Assembly: GCF_902713615.1 (NCBI RefSeq)
Contig: NC_052162.1
Coordinates: 116,674,085-116,738,084, forward strand
DNA from: Scyliorhinus canicula
Lineage: Eukaryota
Length of the DNA: 64,000 nt
Direction: 5' to 3'
In this document: positions 36,280-48,489 of the stretch, piece after piece
Layout of the letters: each line of letters begins with the position of its first letter
Numbering within the stretch: position 1 is the stretch's first letter
Translations under genes and position numbers: made by a program
The notes under the pieces: model-generated
The model's database searches: none
Told to the model about the DNA's origin: nothing
What the model saw: the letters and a program-made list of their open reading frames with translations, nothing else

Positions 36280-36837
36280 GTTGGGTTTATCGATTTAATT
36301 GTGCATCCTCTCTGGGAGACCTGGGCTGAACTGGTTTATCCTGATGCCAAAGAGATGTTGGCCAACCTGGAGGACAACCGCAAATGGTTTCAGAGCATGA
36401 TCCCTCGCAGCCCACCCTCCCCGGGCTCCCTGGATCTGGGGGAGAGCTCTACAATGGGCCACAATAACCTCCTGCTCAACATCACAACGAACAAGGATGG
36501 GTTGGTCACCCAGAGAATCACTGACAGCTCCGACGAAGAGATGTACAGCTTGAGCAGCTGGGAGACCACAAACACTGACTTTTCGGAGACCATAGACGCC
36601 AGCCAGCCGATGCCACTCAAAACGTCCAAAAGCGAGGTGGACAACTCCTTGGCCGAAGACGACAGCACCAGGGATTCGGAGAGCAGTACACCAGATGGTA
36701 GGTATCAGCCTCTACACCCGTACCCAGGCTCACCGCCGAAGCCCACAGCTGCACAGGGTCAAACCAGTCAAATCCCAGAGGACACTTCGGACGAATCCAG
36801 GCAACTGACAGCACAAAATGCTAGCGGGAGCTGCTGA
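36280..36837 (+). pseudogene. Orphan terminal exon of a cAMP phosphodiesterase 4 (PDE4)-family gene
   Basis: Acceptor ttcctaccgttAG|, then [42 protein letters not shown] (cf. PDE4 [19 protein letters not shown]). No upstream catalytic exons are in the window. Confidence 0.88.
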
Positions 36838-39414
36838 ACGTGCGACTTAGCTCTACATAGCCACAACCGGAAGTCCCCTATTCATTCCCTCTACAATCGA
36901 CATACAGTGGGAGCAGTGTATACCATAAACAAGATGCACTGCAGCAACTCGGCCAGGTTCCTTCAACAGCACCTTCCAACCCCCAACCTCTGCCACTTGG
37001 AAGGAAAAGGGCAGTAAATACATGGGGGCACCACTGCCTGCAAGTTCCCCTCCAAGCCACACACCAGCCTGACTTGGAACTATATCGCAAGACATCCCTC
37101 ATCACAATGCAGAGAACCTTATTGTTTGATGTTGCATTCAAGCTGTTTTTCACATCCAACAAACTCTTTCTTCCTCAGCAACCATATGCTGCTTTGTCCA
37201 TTACCTCTTGTGGGAGGGTTTTTAAAGTCCCAAAATAGGGAACCCTCCTTGATCATCTTTTTACAAAAACACCTCTAATTCATCATCAGACAATGAAGGT
37301 GCTCTGCATTGTGATGAGGCATGTCTAGTTCTATGCTCACCAAGAGTTAGGAAATCCCCTTAAATACTCACTGCAGTCTTTAAAAGCTGTAACAGTCAAT
37401 TATTTCCTTTCCCAGCGATCTCGACTAACAGTATGCTGGACATAATTAACATTGGAAGGGATTGGAAGGCCAATGGTTGGCTGCCTCTGCCACCGCAAAA
37501 CACTCGAGGGGGGAGCAGAAAATCCCACCCACTGTGTCCATAGCTGGAAAATATAGATAGACACTGACCACTCGGTCCCGAGTTACTGACCATGATCCGA
37601 TCATGGCCTCTGCCACCTCCGCCCAGGCCCGGTTGACATCTGTGGGTGACAACCTCCTACCCACCTCGGGGAACAGCGTGCCCCACCTCTCCTCCATGGC
37701 ATCCAGTAAAAGCTCGAGCTCTGTATCTGTGAATCTCGGGGCCTGCTTTGGAATTGCACTAGTGCCACGTGGTGTGAGTGCTGCCACATTAGCATGTCCT
37801 AAATGGCTCCGGCAGTCACACCCCCATCAGGACCGGGGAACACCTCCCATTCAGTCCTGGTGTCTACACTTAGCCTCTCAAACAGAGAATTCTGCCCCTT
37901 GTTCTTTGCTTCCTGACTTGATTCTCTAAATTGGGGAATTGTGGTCCCTGTGACATCACACTGTCGGGTATGATGCTATTGTGACAGAGTTCCGTGTTGT
38001 CATGGTACCCACCATGGTAGTTTATGTCATCCCGCATCACCCGTTTCCATAGTAACTCAGTTTAACTCGCTGTTGACAGAACCTTTACCATTGATTTGGT
38101 GTTCTACCTGCCAATTGCTCAGACAGTAAACGATTGCTCAGAGTGAACATTATATCCAGGCACTCAGAACAATGATCGTGACTACGTGGATTATATATTG
38201 TTGGGCAAATGGTAAAATTCACGGAGCAGTTCGTTCTGTTTCTGTCGCAAAGATTGATGAAGTGACTACTGTAGAAATTGAAGAAATTATCCCCGGTGGA
38301 GATCAGGCACAATGTGCCAACGGTCAAAATACCTCAGCTGCTGTTGTGTTTGCAGAGGAGATCGAAGTTGGAACCGAGCAGCCAGAAGAGGAGCTGAACC
38401 TCCAGGCCCTCGTGTCAGAGATCAAAGTTCAGCTATTGTGGAGGAGGCTGATCCTGGTACCGAGTGGCCAGAATGACCAGCTGGGATCTGGGAGTTTCCC
38501 TGGAGATCAGCCAAGGTGTGAGACACTGTCAGATGATCGAGTGGACAAGCAGCTCACCTGAACCAATGGTTGAATCTCTTACTCCAGCTGTTAATCTTGA
38601 TGACATTGAATGCCACATTGAACTGCAGGAAAATAGCGTCAATGGCAGTAGTGATGTGGAAGATAGATCTGCCGGTGAGGTCTCCTCTGTTGCCATCGAT
38701 CATCATCCAGAGGACCAAGCCTCACTGCTCAGCAACACTGAGGGAGCCACTGTGGACAATACCCCAGCTGGAGCCGTTGCAAATTTCATAGATGATGACG
38801 AAATGGACAGTATCGATCGAGAATCCTCGTCAGACACTGGGAGCTTCAGGTCCACCGGATTTTTATTCGTGCAATTCCCAAGCAGCAGTGAGAATGACTC
38901 ACTGCTGAGCAACATTGAGGGAGCCGTAATGGACAATACCACAGCGAGAGGAATGGACGATAACATCGACCTGGAATTGCTGTTGGACTCAGAGACCTAC
39001 AATTTCGCCGGACATTTACGCTGCAGTTGCCAAGTGTCACTGAGAGGGAGCAGTGTACTCGGAGACCATCACTGACACATTCTGCTGAGAGAATGCAGTC
39101 TTGGTTGGCTGACAAATCAGCTCAAGCGAACAAAGGACTGGAAAAAAGTCAAGTCGCTTCAGACGCCAGGAACATCGTTGAACGCTCGGCTGTTTCGCGT
39201 CAGACGTTGGAAGTCAGAAGTTGAAGAGAAGAACTGCCGTCGTCTGGGAAGAGGACCAAAGAATTAAACTCATCAGAAGCCCAGACTGGAACGGGGAAAA
39301 GCCCAACAGGGAAGTGAATTTTAACTTTTAATATTATTGTTTTATTGTATTTGTAGAGAACATATTGAAATATTGAACATTGAGAATAGTAATAGGTCGT
39401 GTTGTTTTGGATTT

Positions 39415-40141
39415 GGCGAGTTTCTCCCCAGTCTTGCCCACATGTCTAATTTGCTGCAGCCGGTGCCGATCAGTGCTGGTCCACACAAACGTGGACCAGG
39501 CGGAATGGCACCCTGGGGGGGGCCACTGGAGACCCCTGGGAGGTCAGGTAAGTACAGGTGAATCCCTGGCCCTCCCCTGGGACGCAGGCACATTAGCACT
39601 GCCCAGCTGGCACCGCCACCCTGCAGAAGCAGTTAAAGGGTGCCCCGAGTGTGAGTGGCACTGCCAAGGGTCAGGGAGCGAGGGGCCATGCCAATGAAAT
39701 GAGGGTGGAGGGTAGTTTGAAGGGTGGAGGAGTGCAGGGCAGCTACATAGGGACTGATGGGTGGAGGTCACGGAAGGGAAGGGATGTTTTAAGGGGGCTT
39801 GGGGGGACCTAAGCAGGGGAGACCCCCAGCACCCCAGAGTGGGGTGTTTTCACTTGGGGGGATTTGGGGTACTGTCCATGTGTGTGGGGGTTGACATTTC
39901 CCATGAGTGGGGGGTGTGGAGGACCCACAGCTCTCTGAGAGATCAGGGCACCCCTTTAAAATGGCAGCCCGATCTCGGAGTTCAGCTCCCCAGTACTAAA
40001 AACATTCTGCACAGGATTCTCCGTCTGCCAACCAGTCAATGGGGTTTCCCAGTGTGGGCAACCCCACGCCGTCGGGAACTGCCCGGGCACGGGAGCGCTT
40101 CCGGCGTAACGGAGAATCCTTGCAACGGAGAATCCCACCCC
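39415..40141. mobile_element. Non-autonomous Harbinger-like DNA element
   Basis: The right end (40010-40140) is the reverse complement of the MITE at 59357-59475; terminus ggagaatcccaccc. Confidence 0.55.
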
Positions 40142-40184
40142 CTAAGGGCAGGACTCTCTGGCTACGTCTGCCTGGCGACTGGAG

Positions 40185-40922
40185 CATAGAAAATAGAAGC
40201 AGGAGGAGGCCATTCAGCCCTTCGAGCCTGCTCCACCATTTATTATGATCATGGCTGATCATCAAGTTCAATACTCTGATCCCGCCTTCCCCATTTCCCT
40301 TTAGTCCCAAGAGCTGTATCTGATTCCTCTTGAAATTACACAACTACCTTTTGGCCTCAACTAATTTTTGTGGCAGCGAATTCCACAGATTCACCGCTCT
40401 CTGTGTGAAGAAATTTCTCCTCACCTCAGTCCTAAAAGGTTTACCCCTTATCCTCAAACTCTGACCCCTAGTTCTGGACTCGCCCACCATTGGGAACATT
40501 CTTTCTGAATCTACCCTGTCTAATCCTGTTAGAATTAAATGCCAATGAATTTAATCCTAACTGATTTAGTCTCTCCTCATATGACCGTCCCGCCATCCCT
40601 GGATTCGGCCTGGTGAATCTTCACCGCACTCTCTCCACAGCAAGAACATCTTTCCTCAGATAAGGACACCAAAACTGCTCACAATATTCCAGGTGTGGCC
40701 TCAGCAATGCCCTATACAACTGCAGCAAAACATCTCTATTCCAATACTTCAATCCTCTCGCTATGAAGGCCAACATACTATTAGCCTTCTTTACTGCCTT
40801 CTGTACCTGTGCGCTTACTTTCAGCGACTGATGCACGAGGACACCAAGTTCTCGCTGAGTATCCGCCTCTCACAATTTACACCCATTCAAATAATAATCT
40901 GCTTGACTATTTTTGCTGCCAA
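40185..40922 (-). mobile_element. CR1 LINE 3' fragment
   Basis: QVQKAVKKANSMLAFIARG...LYRALLRPHLEYCEQFWCPYLRKD. Confidence 0.9.
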
Positions 40923-41034
40923 AGCTGTAAAAGGAGCATGGAGCTGAATCTGGAACTGAAAGGGGATTTGGATATGAAGGGAGGCAGACTGGTACCGAAT
41001 GAGTATCTGCCTTTACCACAGAACTTGGTGTCCA

Positions 41035-41240
41035 AGGCATTGCTGCCTCATGGCACCGAGGACCCTGGTTCGATCCCAGCCCCGGGTCACTGTCCGTGTG
41101 GTGTTTGCACATTCTCGCAGTGACTGTGTGGGTCCCACCCCCACAACCCAAAAACAGATGTGCAATACAGTTGGATTGGCCGTGCTAAACTGTCCCTTAA
41201 TTGTAAAAAAATAATTGGCTACTCTAAATTTATTTTAAAA
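41035..41240 (+). mobile_element. HE1-like SINE
   Basis: SINE core; flanked by a repeat of agaacttggtgtccaag (possible TSD). Confidence 0.8.
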
Positions 41241-41894
41241 AAGAACTTGGTGTCCAAGCCAGAGTGAAAAAGGAGGTAGTCGAGACACTGATGGGTTAAA
41301 CGTTGACAGTGACGTATTTGATAGGCTGAATTTACTGAAAATCGGTAAGTTGCCAGAACCGGATGAGACAGATTTAAGGATACGGAGTTTATATTAACTA
41401 CAAAGGGGAAGAACACAGCAGGAGAACAGCAGAGGTTACAGAGATAGGGAGGGTCACAGGTGCTGAAGGAGGTTGCAGAATTCAGGAGTGTTGTAGGGGT
41501 AGACAATGTTACAGAGATAGAGAGAGTCATCGGGGCTAAAATACCTTTTACACAGAGAGGGAAACCTATATGGATAGCAGGATGCAGGGGACAGAGGGAG
41601 GGCTGTGGGGGATGTAGGGTTATGCATGAAAGTCCGTCCTTCTCAATGTTGCCCCTCACCTGAGGTATGGTGATCCTCAGGTTAAATCACCACAAGTTAG
41701 CCCTCCCCCTCAAAGGGGAAAGCAGCCTATGATCATCTGCAACCACTGCAACTTACTTTACTGTAGGGGAGGGAACTATCATAGAGATAGGGAAAGTTGT
41801 TGGGGCTGTAGGATGTATGAAAGTTCAGGTGGGGTGTAACGTCTATAGGAGATTTCAAAGATAGGAAGCATTGTAGGGATGGGAGGAAGCGACA

Positions 41895-42550
41895 GAGGGG
41901 CTGGAGGATGTTACAGAGATAGAGAGTGTTGTAGGGGCTGGAGGATGTTACAGAGATAGAGAGTGTTGTAGGGGCTGGAGGATGTTACAGAGATAGAGAG
42001 TGTTGTAGGGGCTGGAGGATGTTACAGAGATAGAGAGTGTTGTAGGGGGCTGGAGGATGTTACAGAGATAGAGAGTGTTGTAGGGGCTGGAGGATGCCAC
42101 AGAGATAGAGAGTGCTGTAGGGGCTGGAGGATGTCACAGAGATAGAGAGTGTTGTAGGGGCTGGAGGAGTCTACAGAGATAGAGAGTGTTGTAGGGGCTG
42201 GAGGATGTTACAGAGATAGAGAGAGTTGTAGGGATGGGAGGAAGCTACAGAGATAGAGAGTGTTGTAGGGGCTGGAGGATGTTACAGAGATAGAGAGTGT
42301 TGTAGGGGCTGGAGGATGTTACAGAGATAGAGAGTGTTGTAGGGGCTGGAGGATGTTACAGAGATAGAGAGTGTTGTAGGGGCTGGAGGATGTTACAGAA
42401 ATAGAGAGTGTTGTAGGGGCTGGAGGATGTTACAGAGATAGAGAGTGTTGTGGGGGCTGGAGGATGTTACAGAGATAGAGAGTGTTGTAGGGGCTGGAGG
42501 ATGTGACAGAGATAGAGAGTGTTGTAGGGGCTGGAGGATGTTATAGAGAC
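41895..42550 (+). repeat. 37-bp minisatellite (~17 copies) within a degenerate halo 41430-43190
   Basis: Unit agagatagagagtgttgtaggggctggaggatgttac. Confidence 0.95.
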
Positions 42551-43452
42551 AGGGAGAATTGTACAGATGAGAAGGTAACAGGCATGGGGGGGTATTAAGA
42601 GTCTCAACACAGTAACTGGGATGGAGAGAGTTTTATGGCTATTGGGATTGTCAGACAAGGGAGCACTGAGGAGATACAGCAGTGGTGAGTATTTTTAGAG
42701 GCTGGGGAAGATTACAGCACTGTGTGCATTGTGGGGGCATCGAGGATTTCACATAAAAAGAGGTTGGAGGGGTTTGAAGAGGTTCCAGGGATAAGGGACG
42801 GTTGCAGGTGCTGTAGAGTTGCAGCATCTGGGGGAGATTGCTGTGATTTGATCTGCTATCTAAGAGTTGAGCTGACGGGTGTTATGGAGGATGGAGGGGA
42901 TGAAGGAACTGTAGAATATTACAACGATAAACAGGGTTATACCTCTTAATGAGGTTAGAGAAATAGGGATAGTTTGGGGATTGGAGGATGTTACAGAGAT
43001 AGGAAGGGTTGTGGGAGCTGGAGGATATCGGATGGAGTCTCTGAATGACAAACTCAGATCGGAAGGGGCGAAGGTTTAGTGGATGGTAAAGAGAACTGGA
43101 GGGTTCTAGTGAGAGGGAAATGTTAGATTGATGGGGAGCGTTGCAGAGATTGGAATTGGTAACAGAGACAGGGAGAGTTAGATGGTCTGGATGTACCAAT
43201 ACAGATCGGGCGTGGGGTTCTGCGGTTCCCCAGCCGGGTGGTTCTCGGCGACGCGCCATTCGCCGGCGGTGGGATTCTTTTTGTTGAAATATTTTATTGG
43301 GGGCATTTTCAAATATATACTTAACAAAGAAGAAAACCAAAAAATAACCATGGCAACAGTGAACAGCCACAACATCCTTACCCCCTCCCCACAATAAATT
43401 TTCCACCCACCCCCACCTCAACTTGGTGCCACCCCGGGGCCTCCCCCCCCAC

Positions 43453-45677
43453 TTTTTTTAAATAAACATTTGATTGAGGTATTTCATTGGCATTGTAACA
43501 GCAACAAAATAAACAATGTACATAACAAGGAAAATATTAACCTCGTGCAAATACCACCTCCATCTCCCACAGGTCCAACAATTACTTACCCCCCTAATCT
43601 ACGCTAGCCTAACCCCCCCCCCCCCCCCCCCGTTCTGCTGACGATTAGTTCTCCGCAAGGAAGTCGATGAACGGTTGCCACCTCTGGGCGAACCCCAGCA
43701 GAGACCCTCTCATGGCGAACTGAATGTTCTCCAGGCAGTGGAAGCTAGCCATGTCCGAAAGCCAGGTCTCCGATTTCAGGGGCTTTGAGTCCCTCCATGC
43801 CAACAATATCCACCTCCGGGCTACCAGGGAAGCAAAGGCCAGAACATCCGCCTCTCTCTCCTCCTGGATTCTGTGACACCCCAACAATCACCACCTCTGG
43901 ACCCATTGCCAGCCTCGTATTTAATACCTTGGACATGACATCAGCAAACCCCTGCCGAAATCCCCTCAGCCTTGGACATGTCCAGAACATGTGGACATGG
44001 TTCACTGGTTCACTGGCTTCCCCCCCCCCCACCCATTTCAGACACCTGTCTTCTACCTCAAAGAATCTGCTCATCCGGGCCACTGTCATATCAGCCCAAT
44101 GAACAACCTTAAATTGGATCAGGCCGAGCCTGGCACATGTTGTGGTTGCATTGACCCACTCAGCACGTCCGCCCAAAGGCTCTCCTCTAACTCTCCCTCC
44201 AGCTCCTCCTCCCACTTTTGCTTTGGCTCCTCGGTCTGCGTCTCCTCCAATCCCATAAGCTCTTTATATATGTCCGAGACGCTCCCCTCTCCTATCCATC
44301 CTCTGGAAACCACCCTATCCTGAATACCCTTAACAGCAGGAGTGGGAAGGTTGGTACCTGCTTCCGCAAAAAGTCCCGTACCTGCAGATATCGAAATACA
44401 TTTCCCCCCTGCCAATGCAAACTTCTCCTCCAGATCCCTCATACTCGGGAAGCTTCTTTCTATGAACAAGTCCCCCATCCTCTCAATCCCCGCTCTCCGC
44501 CAAATTCGGAACCCCCCGTCCATCCTCCTTGGGGCAAAGCGGTGATTATCTCAGATTGGGGACCATATCGATGCCCCCTCTGCTTCCACATGTCTCCTCC
44601 ACTGCCCCCAGACTCTCAAGGCCGCCACCACCACGGGGCTGGTGGAGTACCGTGCCGGCAGGAATGGCAGAGGCGATGTTACCAACGCCCCCAGACTTGT
44701 GCCCTTGCAAGAAGCCGCCTCCATGCGCACTCACGCCGGCTCCCCCCCACCACCCACCTCCTCACCATGGCTATATTCGGCAGCGCCAGCCCACCATCCC
44801 CGCGACTCCGCTCAAGCATTGCCCTCTTCACCACACACACACACACACACACACCACCACCCCCCACAATAACTTTACTGACCCACATAAAAAAGGACCG
44901 CGGGAGGAAGATGGGGAGGCATTGAAAAACGAATAGGAATCTTGGGAGGACCGTCTTTTTTACCGTTTAAACTCTGCCCGCCAGGGACAACGGGAGCACA
45001 TCACATCTCTGGGAATCCTCCTCCATCTGATCCACCAGCCGGGCCAAATTCAATTCATGAAGCCTGTCGCAATCCCTCGCCACTTGGATACCTCGGTCCC
45101 TGAAACTGTCCCCGGCCACTCTGAACGGCAGATCCCCCAGTCGCCTCTCCTGACTTCTCACCTGGACCACAAACATCTCGCTCTTCCTCATAGTGAGCTT
45201 ATACCCCCAAACCGTCCTGGATGACCTGCATCAACTGCTCCGATGGTCGCAGCGTCGCCACCCCAGGGGTCCGGTCCTCGGCCATGCTGTCTCCTGCTGC
45301 AGCTTCAACACAGCTCTTGGCTAACTTTTTATTTCTGCCTTTTCATGCACTTCTGGTTCTTTGCTCCGTACACTAATACGTGGAAACGGTGCCCAATTGC
45401 CTCAACCTTCGAATTCACCGTTTAAAACCAAAAAAAAGTCCAGGGGATAGGTCCAAAGGTCCGACCGGAGCGGGAGCCACCAAATGTGCGACTTACTCCT
45501 TCATAGCTGCCACCGGAAGTCTCCCTCCATAGCCGCCACCGGAAGTCTCCCTCCATAGCCGCCACCGGAAGTCTCCCTCCATAGCCGCCATAGGAAGTCT
45601 CCCTCCATAGCCGCCATAGGAAGTCTCCCTCCATAGTCGCCACCGGAAGTCTCCTTCCATAGCCGCCACCGGAAGTC
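43453..45677 (-). mobile_element. Internally deleted L1-clade LINE (5' UTR joined at ~45210 to late ORF2 and 3' end)
   Basis: ORF2 C-terminal motifs, poly(A) at ~43453, and 5' end gacttccggtggcggctatg. Confidence 0.85.
45496..45676 (-). repeat. 26-bp L1 5'-terminus repeated 7 times
   Basis: Unit ctccctccatagccgccaccggaagt. Confidence 0.95.
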
Positions 45678-45754
45678 CAGGGTAGGTGAATTGGACACTC
45701 TACATTACCCCTTAATTGGAAAGAATGAATTGGGTACTCTAAATTTAAAAAATC

Positions 45755-46035
45755 ACTCCTGTCTCTGCGTGGAATGGACCCACATTGGTCTTTGCTAATC
45801 TTTTCCTTTCACATTCCTATAGGAGCTTTTCAAGTCAGTTTTTATGTTTCTCTCCAGTTTGCTGTCATATTCTATTTTCTCTTTTTCAGTTTCTTGGTCC
45901 TCCTTTGCTGAATTCCAAAACAAGTTCTCAATACTCAGGCTCACTACTATTTTGGCCACTTCATGAGTCTCCTCCATTGATCCAATGGAATCTTTAACAT
46001 TTCTTGTTCGCCACGGTTTCATCACTTTTCCTGTT
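45755..46035 (-). mobile_element. CR1 fragment, paralog of 12085-12215/15790-15945
   Basis: Direct sequence match. Confidence 0.8.
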
Positions 46036-46299
46036 GGGTTTTTACTCCTTAAAGGAATCTATGTTTGTTGTATTTGTGTGAAATAAAAGTCGCCAAAGTC
46101 CCAGAGGACCAGAGTCTGCTTTGCCCTCTGAGAGAGAATGAGAGCTGACTGGTGGTGATTGAATCCGACGGTCACCACAACTCAAGCAAGGGGCAATGCT
46201 GAGAAGGTGAGGCCTTCATGGATAAGCTCAGCCGGTACGGGTGTTGAATCCCCTGATGTTGGAGTCGCTTTGCATCACAAACCAGCCAACTGAGCTAAC

Positions 46300-46962
46300 T
46301 CTCCCTTGTGCAAACTCATTGGTGTTTCCGCAGGTTGGATAACATGGTGATGGCCTTCTCACACTGAGAGCAGGTGAATTGCCTCTCCCCAGTGTGAACT
46401 CGCTGGTGTGTCTGCAGCCTGGACAAATGAATGAATCCCTTCCCACACTGAGAGCAAGTGAACGGCCTCTCCCCAGTGTCAACTCTTTGGTGTTTCCGCA
46501 GGCTAGATAATTGACTGAATCCCTTCCCACACAGAGAGCAGGTGAACGGCTTCTTCCAAGTGTGATCCAACCGGTGTATCTGTCGCTGGGACAAGTGAGT
46601 GAATCCCTTCCCACAAAGACAGTAGGTGAACAGCTTATCCCCAGTGTGAACGCAGGCCAGGTGGATCACTGAATCCCTTCCCACACTGAGAGTAGGTAAA
46701 CGGCTTCTCCCCAGTGTGAACTCGCTGGCGTGTCTTTAGATGGGATAATTGAGTGAATCCCTTCCCACACTGAGCAGTTGAACGGCCTCTCCCCAGTGTG
46801 AACTCGCTGGTGTGTCTGTCGGCAGGATAACACAGTGAATCCCTTCCCACACTGAGCATAGGTGAACGGCCTCTCCCCTGTGTGACTGCATCGATGAATC
46901 TCAAGTTGAGATGGTGCATTGAAACCCTACCCACAGTCCCCACATATCCACGGTTCCTCCAT
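46300..46962 (-). pseudogene. C2H2 ZNF copy 4, frameshifted, ~8 degenerate fingers
   Basis: [11 protein letters not shown] start, multiple indels, C->Y changes, and a TGA at the end. Acceptor at 47273/47272. Confidence 0.85.
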
Positions 46963-47399
46963 ATTTTGTGTCGCCTTCTGTCTCTCCAGGTCAAAAAATT
47001 AGTTGGAAGTCTCGTTCACCCGTGTCACTCCTCGCTGTGAATGGCGCAATGTTATTTCATTCGGGGGCGGCAGAAGGGGGGGGGGGGGTCTCAGTGCTTT
47101 TCAAGTCACAATGATGTTTAAAATCTTTTGAGGCTGTCAGATCGGGCAAACATTTCTCCTTCCCTTCTAGACTCAAAGGCTGATGATAGTCAGATCCCAA
47201 GGAACCTGGTGACTGTCAGATCGAGACGTTACATTTGAGATTTCTGTCTATAATTCCTCCTCTTCTCGTATCCTGTAAAAGGAGTTTACAAAAGGCATCA
47301 CAGTCAGTACAGGATAGAAATTCAGAACAGATAATTCTAGTTTCTGGAGAACATTCTTTCCTCTCTCATTCCCCAATACCGAGTCTCTAATGCCTATTT

Positions 47400-48268
47400 C
47401 TCCCTGTCTTCAGGGAGCGGTCTTGGAGGGGCAGAGTCTGGGAGCAGTCAGTATAAAGACCTTTCCTCGGGAATTCACCGCCAAGTTTCCAGGGAGCGGA
47501 CTGAGGGGTCCGGATTTTCGGAGCTGAAGAAAGAAACCTTTCCTTGGGGATTCACGGCCTACTCGCCAGGGTGTGGATTAGGAGCCGGAATTTTAATACC
47601 TTCCCCCGGGGATCTGCGGCCGAGTCTCCAGGCAACGGAATCGGAGCTGGAGAGCCGCCTGGTCCTCCAGCCAATCAGAGAGAATGAGGGGCGAGGCTGG
47701 AGGACTAAGACAGCCCCCTGGTCCTCCAGCCAATCAGAGTGAATAAGGGGCGGGACTGGAGAACTGAGAGTCGCTTGGTCCTCCAACCAATCAGAGTGAA
47801 TGAAGGGCGGGACTGGAGGACTGAAAGCCGCCTGGTCCTCCAGCCAATCAGAGTAAATGAGGGGCGGGGTCTAACCTTATTATGTTCCCTCCCCATCCTC
47901 CACTCACTCCACAAATATTTTGGGCATTAACTTCAGGTCCTGGGAAAGAACCAGAATCAGGGAGCTGACAACTAATCATCGGGGTTTGCGGCTCCACAGA
48001 GTATTTCCAAATCCTCACACCCACCTCCTTAGTTTCGCTCGGGCTCTCCGAAACGAAGTCCCATTAATCTGAATGCGCATGCTCCAAACACCGACAACCG
48101 GTGATGCGCATGTGCAGAGAAGAGCCCACCCGCCGACTTCCTGTTGAGTATTAACCAATAGAAAGAGTGGGCCCACCGGAAGGACTCTGGTCCTTCAGCC
48201 AATCAGAGCTTTGTGTCATGCAGATTGAGCTTCACACAGACTAATAGTACCTTCTCTGTCCAACATCT
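47400..48268. promoter_or_regulatory. Bidirectional promoter for ZNF copies 4 and 5, including 4 x ~58-bp CCAAT+GC-box repeat
   Basis: CCAAT at 47671, 47730, 47787, 47844, each followed by GGGGCG(G/A)G-like sequence. X-box 47624-47636, TGCGCATG at 48074 and 48105, donor at 48269. Confidence 0.72.
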
Positions 48269-48489
48269 GTGAGTAAAACACTTTCTTTTCTCCCCTTTTC
48301 CATTTCTTTTCTCATTCTCACCTTCAATTGGTCACTTGCAGCAACTGAAGGGAAAGGAAGTGAATCCAGGGAGGGTGCAGACTCTGGAAAGCTTGGCCCA
48401 GGTCTCTCTCTCTCTCTCTTCAAGACATTGACATCCTTTGCTCCCTCAGCTTGACATATTTATTTGTCTGGTTAAAAGGATGGTACCTT

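Noticed and set aside
39045-39075. SSVLGDHH resembling PDE4 SSVLENHH
   Set aside because: Flanking residues do not match the PDE catalytic domain; likely chance.
45496-45676. CRISPR-like appearance of short repeats (also 4257-4383, 41895-42550, 34572-35300)
   Set aside because: Head-to-tail repeats without unique spacers, no cas genes, vertebrate DNA.
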